Source: Octopus vulgaris (taxonomy: Eukaryota). Taken from it: a stretch of 64,000 nt of DNA. Location: contig OX597820.1 in NCBI GenBank assembly GCA_951406725.2, positions 2,232,001 to 2,296,000 of the forward strand, written 5' to 3'. A model generated the notes under the pieces. It was not told the origin of the DNA. It made no database searches and saw nothing but the letters and a program-made list of their open reading frames with translations. Made by a program: the position numbers and the translations under genes. How positions within the stretch are numbered: position 1 is the stretch's first letter; each line of letters begins with the position of its first letter. Positions 1 to 14,037 of this stretch are shown in pieces.

Positions 1-811
1 AAACCGTTTAAAGACAACGTAGAGAAATGATTTACACATGTCAAAATTTAGCAAACTAAAACGATTTTATATCTCATAAATTTATAAATATAGAAATATT
101 TTAAAATATATGTAATAATCATAATGGGAATAGTCTATTCTCGTTGAAAATTGAAAAACAGGATAGCGAAGAAAAAGTTAAAAACGAAGAGAATTTCGCA
201 TAATCTTGATGAATGGAAGTGAAACGTGTCTACAGAATGTACAAAAAAAATGATAAAACATTTCACCATAAACAAAGTATGAAAATATAGATTTAAATAT
301 ATATGTGCGTACGTGTACATGCACAAACACATGTGTGTGTGAGTGAGTGTGTGTATGCGTGTGTTTGTGTCTGTAAGTGAGTGTGTATAAATAGAATTAT
401 AGCATATTTTGCAGCATAATTCTGTTGGCGCCTCTGTTCACTCGGAGCATTTCAGTTGTGTACACGAGAGAAGCTTCGGTTTTTAGTTTCGTTTGAGCAA
501 ATTTTTAAAATTTAAGAAACCTGACATTTGAGAATTTGATAATGGCCCAGGGTTTAATAACACTCGCAGATTAAATTTCAACCAGTGAATAGTGAAAAAT
601 GGGACTTTTACATCTAAAATAGAGACAGTATCATTTGAATGGTTCTCATTGTTTAACAGGCAATTTTCTATCGACCCTGAGAGAATTCAAACACTATCAG
701 CTATGGCAGGATTTGAAATCAAAACCAACAAGGCTAAATTAGATAACGTTAAGCGGTGTATTCATTAGTCTCGGTATTTGTGTTCCACAATGTATTATTA
801 TTATTATAATA

Positions 812-1222
812 ATTTTTTTTAAAAATATGGTCCGTTGTCTTCTGCTGAACCGGGGTCATCCCTTGACCCTAGGGTCACAGCAGGTCTTCATCTCATGGAA
901 AGTACACGGCGTAAAATGTATGCGGGACCTACCCACACTATTTTTTGAAGTTCTCCCACGTTAACACTGCAAGGGAGTTTGTTGAGCTGCTTATCAAGGC
1001 CCTTTTTAATTAACCCTAACGCTCCAATCACCACTGGTGTTGTGCTGCTTTTCATTCCCCACAACTTGGTCACTTCTATTTCTAGGTCTTTGCACTTAAC
1101 TTCTCAACTTCTTTAATGGACACATTTCTCTCTGATGGTACTGTCACATCTATCATTAAGCATTTCTTATTCTTCCCATCTTTGATGATTATGTCCGGCC
1201 TGTTTGCCTTGATTTTTATATC
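812..1222 (-). mobile_element. 5'-truncated R4/Dong-like (RLE-type) non-LTR retrotransposon 3' fragment
   Basis: Minus-strand translation gives RPDIIIKD...IDVTVPS...LEIEVTKLWGMKSSTTPVVIGALGLIKKG...ELQKIV...ILRRVLSM, a PD-(D/E)xK restriction-like endonuclease C-terminus. Frameshifted; bounded by (TAT)n and (TTG)n. Confidence 0.85.
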
Positions 1223-1240
1223 GGTGTTGTTGTTATTATT

Positions 1241-1304
<64 letters not shown>

Positions 1305-1322
1305 TTGTTGTTGTTGTTATGG

Positions 1323-1720
1323 AAGGCGGTGAGCTGGCAGAAACGTTAGCACCGGGCGAAATGGCTAGCGGTATTTCGCCTGCCGCTACGTTGTGAGTTC
1401 AAATTCCGCTGAGGTCGACTTTGCCTTTCATCCTTTCGGGGTCGATAAATTAAGTACCAGTTGCGTATTGGGGTCGATATAATCGACTTAATCCATTTGT
1501 CTGTCCTTGTTTGTCCTCTCTGTGTTTAGCCCCTTGTGGGTAGTAAAGAAATAGGTATTTCGTCTGCCGCTACGTTCTGAATTCAAATTCCGCCGAGGTC
1601 GACATTGCCTTTCATCCTTTCGGGGTCGATAAATTAAGTACCAGTCGCGTACTGAGGTCGATCTAATCGACTAGCCCCTCCACCACATTTAAGGTCTTGT
1701 GCTTATAGTAGAAAGGATTA
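1323..1720 (+). mobile_element. tRNA-derived SINE family A with duplicated central unit
   Basis: Head ggcggtgagctggcagaaacgttagc, B-box-like gagttcaaattcc and core gcctttcatcctttcggggtcgataaattaagtaccag (present twice), ending in (TAT)n. More than 12 copies of this family occur in the window. Confidence 0.85.
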
Positions 1721-1721
1721 C

Positions 1722-1790
<69 letters not shown>

Positions 1791-2807
1791 GAGACGTGTC
1801 TAAAATTATTAAAAGATAGTTTGAGAAAATAGACAATGATTTAGGCTTATTTTGATCGGCAATTTTGGGTCACGCAATTTTAATCCCTCAATGCAACAAA
1901 AGTGATCCTTTAATTTTCTTTTCTTTTACTTGTACGATGTCGTATGCAAAAATAATGTAAAAAGACGGCAGAGACACATTTAAGGCATTTAGCTTACCTA
2001 TCGACTCTTCTTTTGGTTCATCATATTTGGTATTTGTAGATGACACGCAAAGACTGTATTCGTGGTCTTTCTGTAAATTTCCTTATGTAACAATTGCGTT
2101 AGTTAAGCATACAAAATGAAAAGGTTTTAGTGACATTTCATTGCAGATCTGATCAAAATTTCCAATAAGGAATTCCATCCAAAATAATTGCAAAAACGCT
2201 TGTAGAATTTGCAAAGAACAAGGCAACAAAATATAAATGGATGTCTTTTACAGACAAAGTACATTTCAACTTTGTTATGCAGACACGTACCGAGAAACAC
2301 ACGTACAAAAACATATAAAGACACAGAATTATGCGCCCATACGAGTATATAGAGATGTCGGAATATTCCTTAGGGTAAAACGTTTTCCAAAAAGAAATTT
2401 GTAGAGTGCTCAATATACTGACAGCATCAAATGGAACTGGAATATATAATTTTGTCATATCGATGTGAACATTAATTTTGTTATTTGGCATATTGTACAT
2501 AGCAACATAAATGCCTGAATCATTTGTTGTGGGGTACAGTGCGGGCGTTCTGTTGAGTGGAGAAGGGCTCTGTATGTGTTTTGACAATTGCCGAAAAGAA
2601 AGTGCTGAGGAATATGTAATGTTTGAATGAGCCTGTTAAATGTCAAAATCCATACCATGTAATCTGTTGCTCAATCATGCTTTGATAGCCGTCTGTATGC
2701 ATCTCATTTAGCTATCAATCTATCACAATACTCTGTGTGTGTGTATGTTTGTGTATGTATCTGTGTGTGCGTGCGCTCACCTACGATTGTCAGTTCATAT
2801 ATATCTA

Positions 2808-4066
2808 TTAGGTCATCCCATAAATAATGCGGTTTTTTCAATTGCATGAACTAAAAGTCGGTGGGGTACGGGATAAACTACCTGCATCAACTTACTATAA
2901 AAGCAGGTAGTAATTTTAACGTGTCCTTATTCTTAGTGCAAGTTTTGAAGAGTGCAGTTCGATTTTAACAGTTATCTTTTCAAAGCTATAATGGAAGTAA
3001 CAAAGGAACATATTCGGCATATTTTGCTTTATGAGTTCAAGAAAGGCAACAACGTGACGGAAAGTGCGAGGAATATTAATGCAGTATATTGGGATCGGAC
3101 AATAAGCGTAGGCCAGTGTCAACGGTGGGTCTAGAAATTCCGAGCGGGAAACTACAGCCTAGAAGACGAGTCTCGTCCTGGAAGATCTGTAGAGCTCGAC
3201 GGGGACATCCTGCAAAACCTGGCGGAACAAAATCTCATCGTAATTGTTGAGGAACTAGCAGAGAAGCTTGGATCTGGTCATTCAACCATTCATCGACACC
3301 TGCGTGCCATCGGAAAAGTCAGCAAATTGGGTCAATGCGTTCCTCTCAAACTTTCCGAGTCTAATCTCACGCAGAGAGTGAATGTGTTCTCTTCTTTGCC
3401 GTCAGGTCTCACGAATGAACCTGAATAGTTCTAGTAACGAGAAATGGCTTCTCTATAAAAATGTCAAGCGCTGGAGACAGTGCGTAGGGAAAGAAGAAAC
3501 ATCGGCACCCCAGGCTAAAGATCCCCACCCATGTAAGGTGTTGTTATCTGTTTGGTGGGATATGAAAGGTTTAGTCCACTTTGAACTTTTAAGCCCAAAC
3601 CAAATGATAACAAAGGAGATCTACTTTGAGCAGCTTGAGCGGCTTAAGACAGCGCTGGAAGAAAAACAACCATGTTTGGTTTGAAGACGAAAGGTGTTCT
3701 TCCATTAGGATAATGCTCGGCCACATACAGCGAGGATGACATTCCAAGGGCTGGACCAATTTGAATGGGAAACGATACCCCACCCACCATATTCACCAGG
3801 CATTGCCTCATCTGATTATCATTTATTCTGCAGTCTTCAAAATCATTTGGACGAAAAAAATATGAATTCCGTAGACGAGGTCAGAACAGTACTGGAGGAG
3901 TATTTTTAATCACGGATGAGTGAATTTTGGAAAAGGAGCCTTGTAAGTCTACCGGATAGATGGAAGAGCATTGTAGAAAATAAAGGAGAGTATATTTGAG
4001 ATTTAAAAAGAAATCTGGAAAACTAAAAGAAGTATAAAAAACCGCATTATTTACGGGATGACCCAA
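2808..4066 (+). mobile_element. Full-length defective mariner (DD34D-type) transposon
   Basis: ~30-bp TIRs (ttaggtcatcccataaataatgcggttttt / aaaaaccgcattatttacgggatgacccaa), TA on the left. Transposase starts at 2991 (MEVTKEHIRHILLYEF) with KVLLSVWWD, DNARPH and HPPYSP..APSDYHLF-like motifs, broken by stops and frameshifts. Confidence 0.95.
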
Positions 4067-4150
4067 AACTTATCAATTCAATTCGTGTATCTCGTGCAAT
4101 ATGTTTGTGATTACGTATTATCGATGTGTGTGTGCGCACGCATGTGTATG

Positions 4151-4206
<56 letters not shown>

Positions 4207-4248
4207 TACATATGTATGCATACATACATACATACATACATATATACA

Positions 4249-4282
<34 letters not shown>

Positions 4283-5137
4283 CATACATACGTAGACGTA
4301 TATGTAATTACAGAGAGGAAGAGGAGGGGAGAGAGTGGGTAGAGAGAGGAGGGGAGAGAGTGGGCAGAGAGAGAGGAGTGAGTGAGTGAGAGAGTAAATT
4401 ATTAAGAAAACCTGATTACGATTGGTGAAAAACATTTAACTGTGAAGATGAAATCATTTGCGTCGAATTTCTAATTCTTCAACTTATTACTCTGAGAAGC
4501 CTATTTAAAATGTTGATGGCGGTGGCAGTGGTGGGCGAGGTTGTAACGTTGATTGCTGCTGCTGTGGTTGTTGTTTTTTTAGCCTGTATAAATCCTGGTT
4601 GAGAAGACCTCATGAATAAAGCCCCCGTAATATCGAAGACCTCGTAATATCGAAGAGATTGTTGTTGTTGCTGTTGTTTATAGCCTTAGATCAACCCTAA
4701 TCGAAGAGACCGATAAACCAGTGAACTTGAGATTAAAAGCATTTCAATGGAATTTAAAACTACATCGCATGACATTTGGTTTTCTTACTAGAACCAATAG
4801 CGCGTGGGTTGAGGAAGATTTTATTGCTATTTCTAGTAGGCCCGGCAACCACGTAGAGGAATTTATCATTGGCTGGTCTGTAATATTGATTCAGAGAATA
4901 CTGGTGACCGCCATTATCGCCTCTTTCACCTCCTCCTCCTACTCCTACTCCCACCGTTCTCTCCCCTTCCTCCCACTCCACCTCACTTTATCGTCTCATG
5001 ATATGTCAAGCTGTTCCAGACACTCGCTTTGATACAACTTTTCCAGCCTTTTTTCTTTCGTTCCGTATGTATCAAATATTCTCTTTCTCTCTCTCTCCCT
5101 CCCTCCCTCCCTCTCTCTCTCTCTCTCTTTATCTGAT

Positions 5138-5195
<58 letters not shown>

Positions 5196-5449
5196 ATTTT
5201 TTCTTATTCATTCATTTTCTTCAGTTTTCTTCGTCCTTTTTCTTTCTTCCTCCTACCTCTATCGTTTTCTTCAGATTTCAATGTTTTTATTCCCATCCAC
5301 AAACTTTCAGTCTTTCTTTTACCATATCTGTCTATTTATCTATCTACACACATGCATATGCATACATACATACGTACAAACACACACACACATATATATA
5401 TATGTATGTATGTACATACATACATACATACATACATACATACATACAT

Positions 5450-5503
<54 letters not shown>

Positions 5504-5504
5504 T

Positions 5505-6047
5505 GAATGAGAAAAAGAAGAAAATGGAGAAATTGACACGCAGACATCAGTTTATTTTTAAATATTCAAATCCATATAATAAAAGTCCAGTCCTACAGCC
5601 GTTTCCACATCCAATTAGTTCAATTACAGAGATTAAAATAATTTGAATTAAATTAAATTAATTTAATTAAAATTTTCATGATGAAACTGGTTAATTGAGT
5701 ATTTCATCATCAGGGAAGAATTCTCCAAAAGAGAGTTACATTTCAACATGATGGTTGACCTACGAGAGACCCAGATGTGTGCGCTTTAGAATGTGTGCGT
5801 TGTTGTTAGGTCAACTAATACTTTGAAATGTAGCACTCTTTTCGAAAATTCATCCGTGATGAAATACTCAAGTAACCAATTTTAACAAGAACATTTTAAT
5901 TAATTTAATTTAATTTAATTTCTGTAGTTGAACTAATTGGATGTGGAAACGGCTGTAGGACTGGAATTTCATTATATGGATTTAGATATCTCTAAATAAA
6001 CCGATGTCTGCATGTCAATTTCTCCATTTTCTTCTTTTTCTCATTCG
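5505..6047. repeat. Fold-back inverted repeat (~250-bp arms) with hammerhead-like cores, probably Penelope-derived
   Basis: gaatgagaaaaagaagaaaatggagaaattgac... is mirrored by ...gtcaatttctccattttcttctttttctcattc. The left arm minus strand reads tcc-CTGATGA...GAAAC-ggct-GTA-gga. (TA)n on both sides. Confidence 0.8.
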
Positions 6048-6987
6048 AAAATATTTTAAATACCTATATATATATCAATGTAAAACTAATGTATTTAGTT
6101 TTCACTGAACACTGGTATAAACCAGAGAACTAGGATGCTAGCATCCCTTAAACGATTATTGGTCCTTATACAATTATATATCTATATGTATATTTATATA
6201 TATATATATATATATAGGAAAAATAAACCCTGTTCCTCTAGAAGAGCATTCTTTGGAAAACAACTGCAGGATACCAATGAAACGGCAAAGTGTCGGTCGC
6301 TACCAGTTCCTTGGAGATACCATCAAAGGAAGGAAAGAAAGAACAAAGGAAATTTTAAAAGAAGTAACTTTATTTTATCTAACAAAACATTAATTCTTTG
6401 TTACGTCTAAAAATTTGCTAACATTCAGCATCCTTTATCTTATACAGTTATATAAAATTGGAAGTAAGCCTATAAAGTCAAAAAGATGTGTTGTTTTTAA
6501 TTTTGTATGTTATCGAATGCTTGTAGTGGCCTGTCTTGAAGTAGTATAGTTTTGAACCTTTGCATAGAGCATTTTCAATTCAGTAATCTTTAAAATGTAT
6601 AAATACACTTTTATTCCACATCTCTCTTGTGTTTACAAGGATTTAGGCAGCGGAAATACTGAAGTTTGCATCTTGTGCCATCTAGTGATTATAGTTTTAA
6701 AAGCCCATGACTCTGAAACTACTTCAACTAGAAAACTGAAATATCAGACATACTATTTCTGCATTGCATTGAGTCAGTACACGAAGTTTGGTAAAAACTT
6801 GAGCAGGCGTTATGAACCCCACTAGAATTTTGCAGGATTTGGGTGAAAAGTGGTGATCGATCTCTTAAATTGGGGGTGACATTTTTTCAAAATAAAGCAA
6901 AATAAATTTTAGTTTCCTGACTTTTATAGAATTATTAATAGAATTACAGTATAGGGTTATTAGGTTGTGAAAAAGTCATAACCCTAA

Positions 6988-7023
<36 letters not shown>

Positions 7024-7298
7024 TGTATGTATGTATGTATGTATGTATGTATGTATATATATATATATATATATATTGAGTGCTACAGAACTCAGAATAG
7101 TGACAGAGTGACGCCCCAGTTTCGAATAAATAATTTAAAAACAAAAACGCTACGACACATTTGAAAGTTAAAAAGTTGCAAGGTGCATTGTGACCAGCGA
7201 TGTATAACAATATCTGATGGTCTGGTCGATTATGTGATCAAGAGATAATAGCAATTAGACAAAGGATGAAGAATATATTTCGTAAGTTTGTTTTTTTT

Positions 7299-7512
7299 CA
7301 TTTACGTACGTTTCAAATGACTGGAAGAACTGTTTCTGCATCAGACAATCGTTAACGTGCATAATCGATCAATTAAATAATCAATTAATTCAGAGATATT
7401 TGTTCCGCTAATTAATTATTTAATTGAATAACAAATTGACTGATTAAGCATACTAACCATTGTATGACACGGAAACAGTTCCACAAGTCATTTGAAACGT
7501 ATGTAAGTGAAT
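7299..7512. repeat. Degenerate fold-back element with hammerhead-like core
   Basis: catttacgtacgtttcaaatgact..aactgtttc is mirrored by gaaacagtt..agtcatttgaaacgtatgtaagtg. The minus strand has CTGATG..GAAAC-gtac-GTA. Confidence 0.6.
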
Positions 7513-7567
7513 AAACTTAATTCTATATTTTTGACCTATATACGGTTTATACACACACACACTCACA

Positions 7568-7878
7568 CAAAGACATCATTATTACCCCCACCAACTGACT
7601 TAAAGTTGATAAAGCAATATTTTTTTTAAAATCATACTCATAAATCGCACAAACCCCTGACATAAAAGTAGTCATAATAGAAATAAATACTATAAAACAA
7701 CAAAAATAAGCCAGTTCAATTAAATGATTATAAAAACAAATTAATAAAAATACCCCTGTTGTAACTAAAGTGGATGAATGAACTAAAGTCATAACAGCAA
7801 TAGGGGCTGCTATTGCAGCAGGTAATCAACTTCTAAATGGAATCGAGCCTTTTTACTTATTCCAGCAATAAACACAAA
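7568..7878 (-). pseudogene. nad5: NUMT: nuclear copy of a mitochondrial NADH dehydrogenase subunit 5 fragment
   Basis: In the invertebrate mitochondrial code (TGA=W, AGA=S, ATA=M) it reads FVFIAGMSK..IPFSSWLPAAMAAP..LVHSSTLVTTGVFLL...MSGVCAIYEYDFKKNIALSTLSQL.GV.MMSL, the hallmark ND5 motifs, with a frameshift and substitutions. Confidence 0.93.
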
Positions 7879-8013
7879 GATATATATATATAAAAAAACT
7901 TATAGGGATGTTTATCCAAGGTACACTGATTTAATATATTAAATTTTGAAGAGATAATTCTTCAATGAATATATCATATAGAAGTCGTAAGATATCAGAC
8001 ATTTGTATAGATC

Positions 8014-8254
8014 TAGAAAACAGAGATCTAATGGATACAAATTAATTAATTAATTAATCGACATATTAACCAACAATTGTTTCATTTCTCAGATAAGATT
8101 AAAAATACGAAATACTTTTACAATATGTTTTTTATATTTTTATATGTTTTGCAATTTTAATCTTATTTGAGAAATGAAGCAATTGCTGGTTGATATGTTG
8201 ATTAATTAATAAATTAATAAATACATTTGAATCCATTAGATCTCTCTGTTTTCT
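8014..8254. repeat. Fold-back inverted repeat (~100-bp arms)
   Basis: tagaaaacagagatctaatggatacaa...tctcagataagattaaaa is mirrored by ttttaatcttatttgaga...ttgaatccattagatctctctgttttcta. Confidence 0.75.
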
Positions 8255-8264
8255 AACTCAATAA

Positions 8265-8315
<51 letters not shown>

Positions 8316-8334
8316 TGACCCCTTTGTCCGGCAT

Positions 8335-8518
8335 TCGCCATGATAGATCGCTAGCCACTAAAGCTTTTTCTATTTTCCCTCCCTGTTTATTAGTGTTCCT
8401 TTCTGTCGAAGAGCGTAGGCTCGAAATGTAAAAGACTTTCTCACTTCCCAAGTGTTAAACTAATACATCTGTTTGTTGTTTACACACCCGTCTTTGTCTT
8501 TTGTTCTTTTGTAAATTC

Positions 8519-8522
<4 letters not shown>
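8335..8522 (+). mobile_element. Short non-autonomous repeat with degenerate minimal hammerhead-like motif, probably a Penelope pLTR derivative
   Basis: tcgccatgatagatcgctagccacta...gaagagcgtaggctcgaaa(c/t)gtaaaagac...ends at (TA)n. Related copies at ~22762-22985, ~59772-59968 and a partial minus-strand copy at ~53245-53325. Confidence 0.65.
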
Positions 8523-8570
<48 letters not shown>

Positions 8571-9613
8571 CATACATACATACATACATACATACATACA
8601 TACATACATACATACATACATACATACATACATACTTTCTCTTCTATTTGTAGTGAATTTAATAGATCTCGTTTAACTGAAGAGGTGTAAAACAGAAACG
8701 TGTCCCGCTTCCTGCTTTCACCCGTTGGCTTTAAGATAACGCTCAGTAGAGCCACTGCAATTAATCTGCTTTTCCTATATTTTCCAAATTTTCAACTGAT
8801 TGATTGTATTGCAGTTATCTCCCTTGCCAGAGCATTTTAGATTTTATAAACTGCTGACTGGAGTTTTCTGCTATCAATTGCGTAGATAATCTAAGATAAA
8901 CAAAGTTATTCTTTATCTTTGCTTTTTTTTTTTATCAATTCACATTAAATACGCGAGATGACCCTACCATATATTAACTTCCAATTTTAACACAAGGCCA
9001 GCAATTTCGGTGGTACTCAATTTATCGACCCCGAAAGGATAAAATGCAAATCGACCTCGGCGGAATTTGAACTCAGACCGCGAAGAATGATTCGGTCAGC
9101 AAGCTACTTTCACATATACATACATTACATACAAATACACACACATATTACTGCATCTTCACAGATGACTGCCATCGCCTTATGCTTTCTCGTTAATGGC
9201 ATTTCTACCTCTCCGACCATGACCTCTCAAATGACTATTCAGTCCCGCTGCTTTGTAACTGTGCGTTTCCAACTGGTTAGGCCAGCATATGTCGCCACTC
9301 TTCTATCGCCATAGGACTTCCGGTTAATGCAATGACAAATCACGTGATCGTAAAAAGGCATCTGAACGTCATTGGATTATAGCGACAGACGCTTGGAGAA
9401 CACGAGTACCACACTCTGAACCTTGGTACCTAATGACAGGCCGAAGTACACACATACTCTTATGCACACACACATACAGACACACACACACACACACACA
9501 CGTACATACATTAGCTACCTACATATATACATACGTATGTGCGTACATAATACATACATACATACATACATACGCACATACATACATACATACATACATA
9601 CACACATACATAC

Positions 9614-9644
<31 letters not shown>

Positions 9645-10006
9645 CATGCATACACACACACACATACATACATATATACATACATACATACATACATACA
9701 TACATACATACATACATACATACGTACATACATACATACATTTATATAAGCATTGTTAATGGTGTTGAACGGAACAAAAAGTACTCAGTAACGGAGGTAG
9801 AGTTTAAATAATTTAATAGTTTCATTCTATTAGCTCGACCTAAACTGGCTGAAGCTATTCATTTAAGCAAGACGCGGCCATTTTGGATAGAGTCACTCGA
9901 CATGTAACCACATGGGGAGCGGAACATAATCAACCGATTAGTCATAAGTATGGATACAAATAGATGCTTATATATATATACACACACACACGCACATCCA
10001 CGCACG

Positions 10007-10067
<61 letters not shown>

Positions 10068-10162
10068 CTCTTTTCATATTTCATTCCGGTGTCTCTGCTC
10101 TTTTCTTGCTCTGCTTTACTATCTCTGTAATCCTCCATCTTGTTTCATTTCCCTCATCTCTC

Positions 10163-10223
<61 letters not shown>

Positions 10224-10423
10224 CAGTTTCCCACTCTTCTTACTTTTTCTTTTCTCTTTTCTGGGAATTCACTTTCTCCTTCAACACATCTCCCTATCCA
10301 AGATTCCCTCTCTCACTTTCTGTCCTTTTCGCCCCCTTTTCTCTTCCCTATTCTATTCCCTCCTTTTTCTTGATTTCGCAGCCCTTTTCTCTTCCTACTT
10401 TTGTCACCATTTTCTATACCAAG

Positions 10424-10468
<45 letters not shown>

Positions 10469-10624
10469 ACTTCCTCCCCTCTCCATTTCTCCTTCCCCTC
10501 TCCCTTTCTCCTTCCTCTCTCTCTCTCTCTTTCTCCCTCTCCTCTCTTTTTCTCTCACTTTCTCCCTCTTTCTCTCTACCGCTTTCTCTTTTCGGCTATA
10601 ATTTCGCTAATGCATATAATAATG

Positions 10625-10661
<37 letters not shown>

Positions 10662-12693
10662 ATAAGTGTATGCGCGTGTGTATGTGTGGTTGTTAGATTT
10701 GATCCAGTGAGCTTCTTCTGTGTATCTACAACATAACCCATTGTGTCCTTCCATTTTCAAAACGATCGGCTGTATATAGTCAGTGAGCTAGCTACTATAT
10801 CTAGCCGAACAAGCAACCGCATAGAGGCTTTCTATTTGGTGCGATATGTATGCGTAGGTTTCGTTTGAACGTGTGTATGTATATATATAAACGTATACAC
10901 ACATGTACGTTTTGGTATATCTATGTATGTGTGTGTATGTGTATGAGCGTGTGTTTGGTGTAGGTAACGGCGTGATTAAGATCATATCATGTTTGTTTTT
11001 GCCAACAGATATCCGGGTGAATTTCAGTCATTCTCAACAGTTTTGTTGGAGTCAACCGAGCCAGCCGAGACAGCACTGAGAATAGAAATGGTGAATATTT
11101 ATCCTCTTAGAAAGAGAATGAAGATATACAACCATTGTTTGCAATTGTAAGTTCTTTACCATGCATCCGGTACCGACAGAAAGTACGAGATAATATCTAC
11201 ATGCCGTCACAGACAAATATGTATTTTACTGATAAGCCAAATCAGTTCGTGTCCCGACAGAAGGTAAGAGTTAAGGTCCAACTGACGTCACAGTCAAGTT
11301 AGTTTTTTTTCTTTTCTGATAAAGCAAATCAGTCCACAAACAGACTGCACACATTTGACTGACGTAACACATCACATGACTGGTTACAAATCTACTATTT
11401 ACATTACCATTCCTAACACTTCGTCACATCTACTGGCGATCGCTCATATGTATATCCTGTGTGAATTACATGGCTGATGTTTAATCATAGATTTAACGAG
11501 TCTAAAGCAAACAAATATTGAATATTTTGTTCAGCCATGCCTCTCTCTTTTTTCTGAGTTCTTATCCTTTCTCTTGAAACGAATCGGGAAGATCGACGCA
11601 AGTTGATAACTACAGGCATTTCACGAAAATTAATGAAATCAATAAAGTTTTCGCTTGAATGTGGTGAGACTTAATTACTTTAATATAGATGTATATGCAC
11701 GCGCAGATACAAATAAGTACATGAATATTTCTTTTCGATTACTCATTATAAAGACCCTAATATTTTTAGTTATAGGTAATCATATATTGCACCATTTCAT
11801 TCTTATTAGAAAGTGTCAGTATGACATTACCCTTGATAAATATATTAAATTAAATTAGATATTTCAGAATGCGAGACCTTTCTTATAGATGGAAAATAAT
11901 TACATATACACCATTTATTTTAGTCTAATTAATTAAATAAATAAACCAAATTACCATATCTTATAAATTTCAAAAGAAAATAATAATAAACTTATTTAGA
12001 AATATTTATTTGATTTACACCCATTTTCTATAAATTTACATTGAAAATTTGGGAATTTCGTATGAAACTGCGCATAAGCAAATAGATAAAAAAAATTATT
12101 AAAAAAGACAGGACAAAGGCAGGACAACGATGCAAGCTTTTCTGTCCAGACAAATGCCTCTGGCTGAGCTTTATGCTTGTAATTCGTTGCATATTATTTT
12201 CAGCAACGATTTTAAGTAGGTAATCTCCGAAAAGTAAGACTATTTACTTCATCGTTCATTTTAATCTGTCCCAGTTTCTTTCCTTTTGTCTACGTTGGAT
12301 GTCATATATGTATGTGTTTGTGTATATATGTATAATGCACACACGTACATATAATATATATATATACATGTATGTGTGTTTGTGTGTATGTATGTATATA
12401 TGTATGTAACTGTGTATGATCTCCACGTATGTCTACTACACGTGAATCGATTCATATTACACGAATTTGTTTAGAAACACCCCGCAGTAATATACAGCTG
12501 AAGCTATTTTCTAAAACTACTAAATTTATGAATTATAAGAATGTTTCCCTATTGGCATGGCGTGGAAAATTATTGAAAACTGTAATAAATAAATAATTGA
12601 CTTACACGTCTATAAATACATACAAACAAAAATATATCTCCACACATAGACATATAAATACATACATATACATAATTATATATATCTTCATAC

Positions 12694-12749
<56 letters not shown>

Positions 12750-12766
12750 AGAGAGAGTAATATATA

Positions 12767-12834
<68 letters not shown>

Positions 12835-12906
12835 TATATATAAGCACGTATTCCTAAATATATATATGTATGTATATATGTGTGAATATATGTATGTACA
12901 TATTCC

Positions 12907-12954
<48 letters not shown>

Positions 12955-13087
12955 TAAATATATATATATATATATATATCTATATATCATATATACAGAT
13001 ATATATAAGTACATATTCCTATATATTTGTATGTATATATATATATAAGTGTATGTATGTATGTGTGAATATATGTATGTACATATT

Positions 13088-13136
<49 letters not shown>

Positions 13137-13167
13137 ATTTATACATATATATGTATGTATGTTTATA

Positions 13168-13227
<60 letters not shown>

Positions 13228-13613
13228 TGTGTGTGTGTGTGTAATTATATGTGTGCGTCTATAACCTCTTGTTCTTGTAGCACTTCTATTATAAGGACAT
13301 ATTTTCAAAATTTTTAAATTAATAATTTTTCCTATGTAAGTACTTTAAATCCTCCACTACTTGAGTACAATAAATAAAACATTTTTACCAATATCCAGGT
13401 TCAGAGGTGGTTTGTGTTAGGAACGGATTGACAAATTGAAATAGGAAAAATGAGAGAAAAAATGTATTATTGATTAACTGACTGTGTCTCACTGAAAGAG
13501 AGAAAAACATATTGTTTATCGCATAACGTATGAGATAAATAATATCTGATGTATGATGTAATGATGTGCATATGAAGGAATTTCTCCTATATGATAAGTA
13601 GACACACACACAC

Positions 13614-13738
<125 letters not shown>

Positions 13739-13754
13739 TATACACATATATATT

Positions 13755-13945
13755 TACTTGTTTCAATCATTTGACCGCGGCCATGCTGGAGCAGTGCCTT
13801 TAGTCGAACAAATCGACTTTGTAAGCCTAGTACTTATTCTATCGGTCTCTTTTGCCGAACCGCTAGTTTAAGGGCGCACACACACACACTAACATCAGTT
13901 GTGAAGCGATGGTCGGGGGGCGACAAACACAAACACAAACACAAA
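13755..13945 (-). mobile_element. SINE family C, 3' half
   Basis: Reverse complement of the family C tail (..ctccagcatggccgcggtcaaatgattgaaacaagt) seen full length at 63491-63862. Confidence 0.75.
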
Positions 13946-13984
13946 CATACATGTATTTAGTCGGAAAGTGAAAGAAGCCCGTCG

Positions 13985-14022
<38 letters not shown>

Positions 14023-14037
14023 CGTATGTATATATGA

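Noticed and set aside
1323-1410. tRNA genes suggested by A/B-box motifs
   Set aside because: These are heads of multi-copy SINEs, with no complete cloverleaf.
7547-7878. Functional nuclear-encoded or genuine mitochondrial ND5
   Set aside because: Only ~100 codons, frameshifted, requires the mitochondrial code and is embedded in nuclear repeats.
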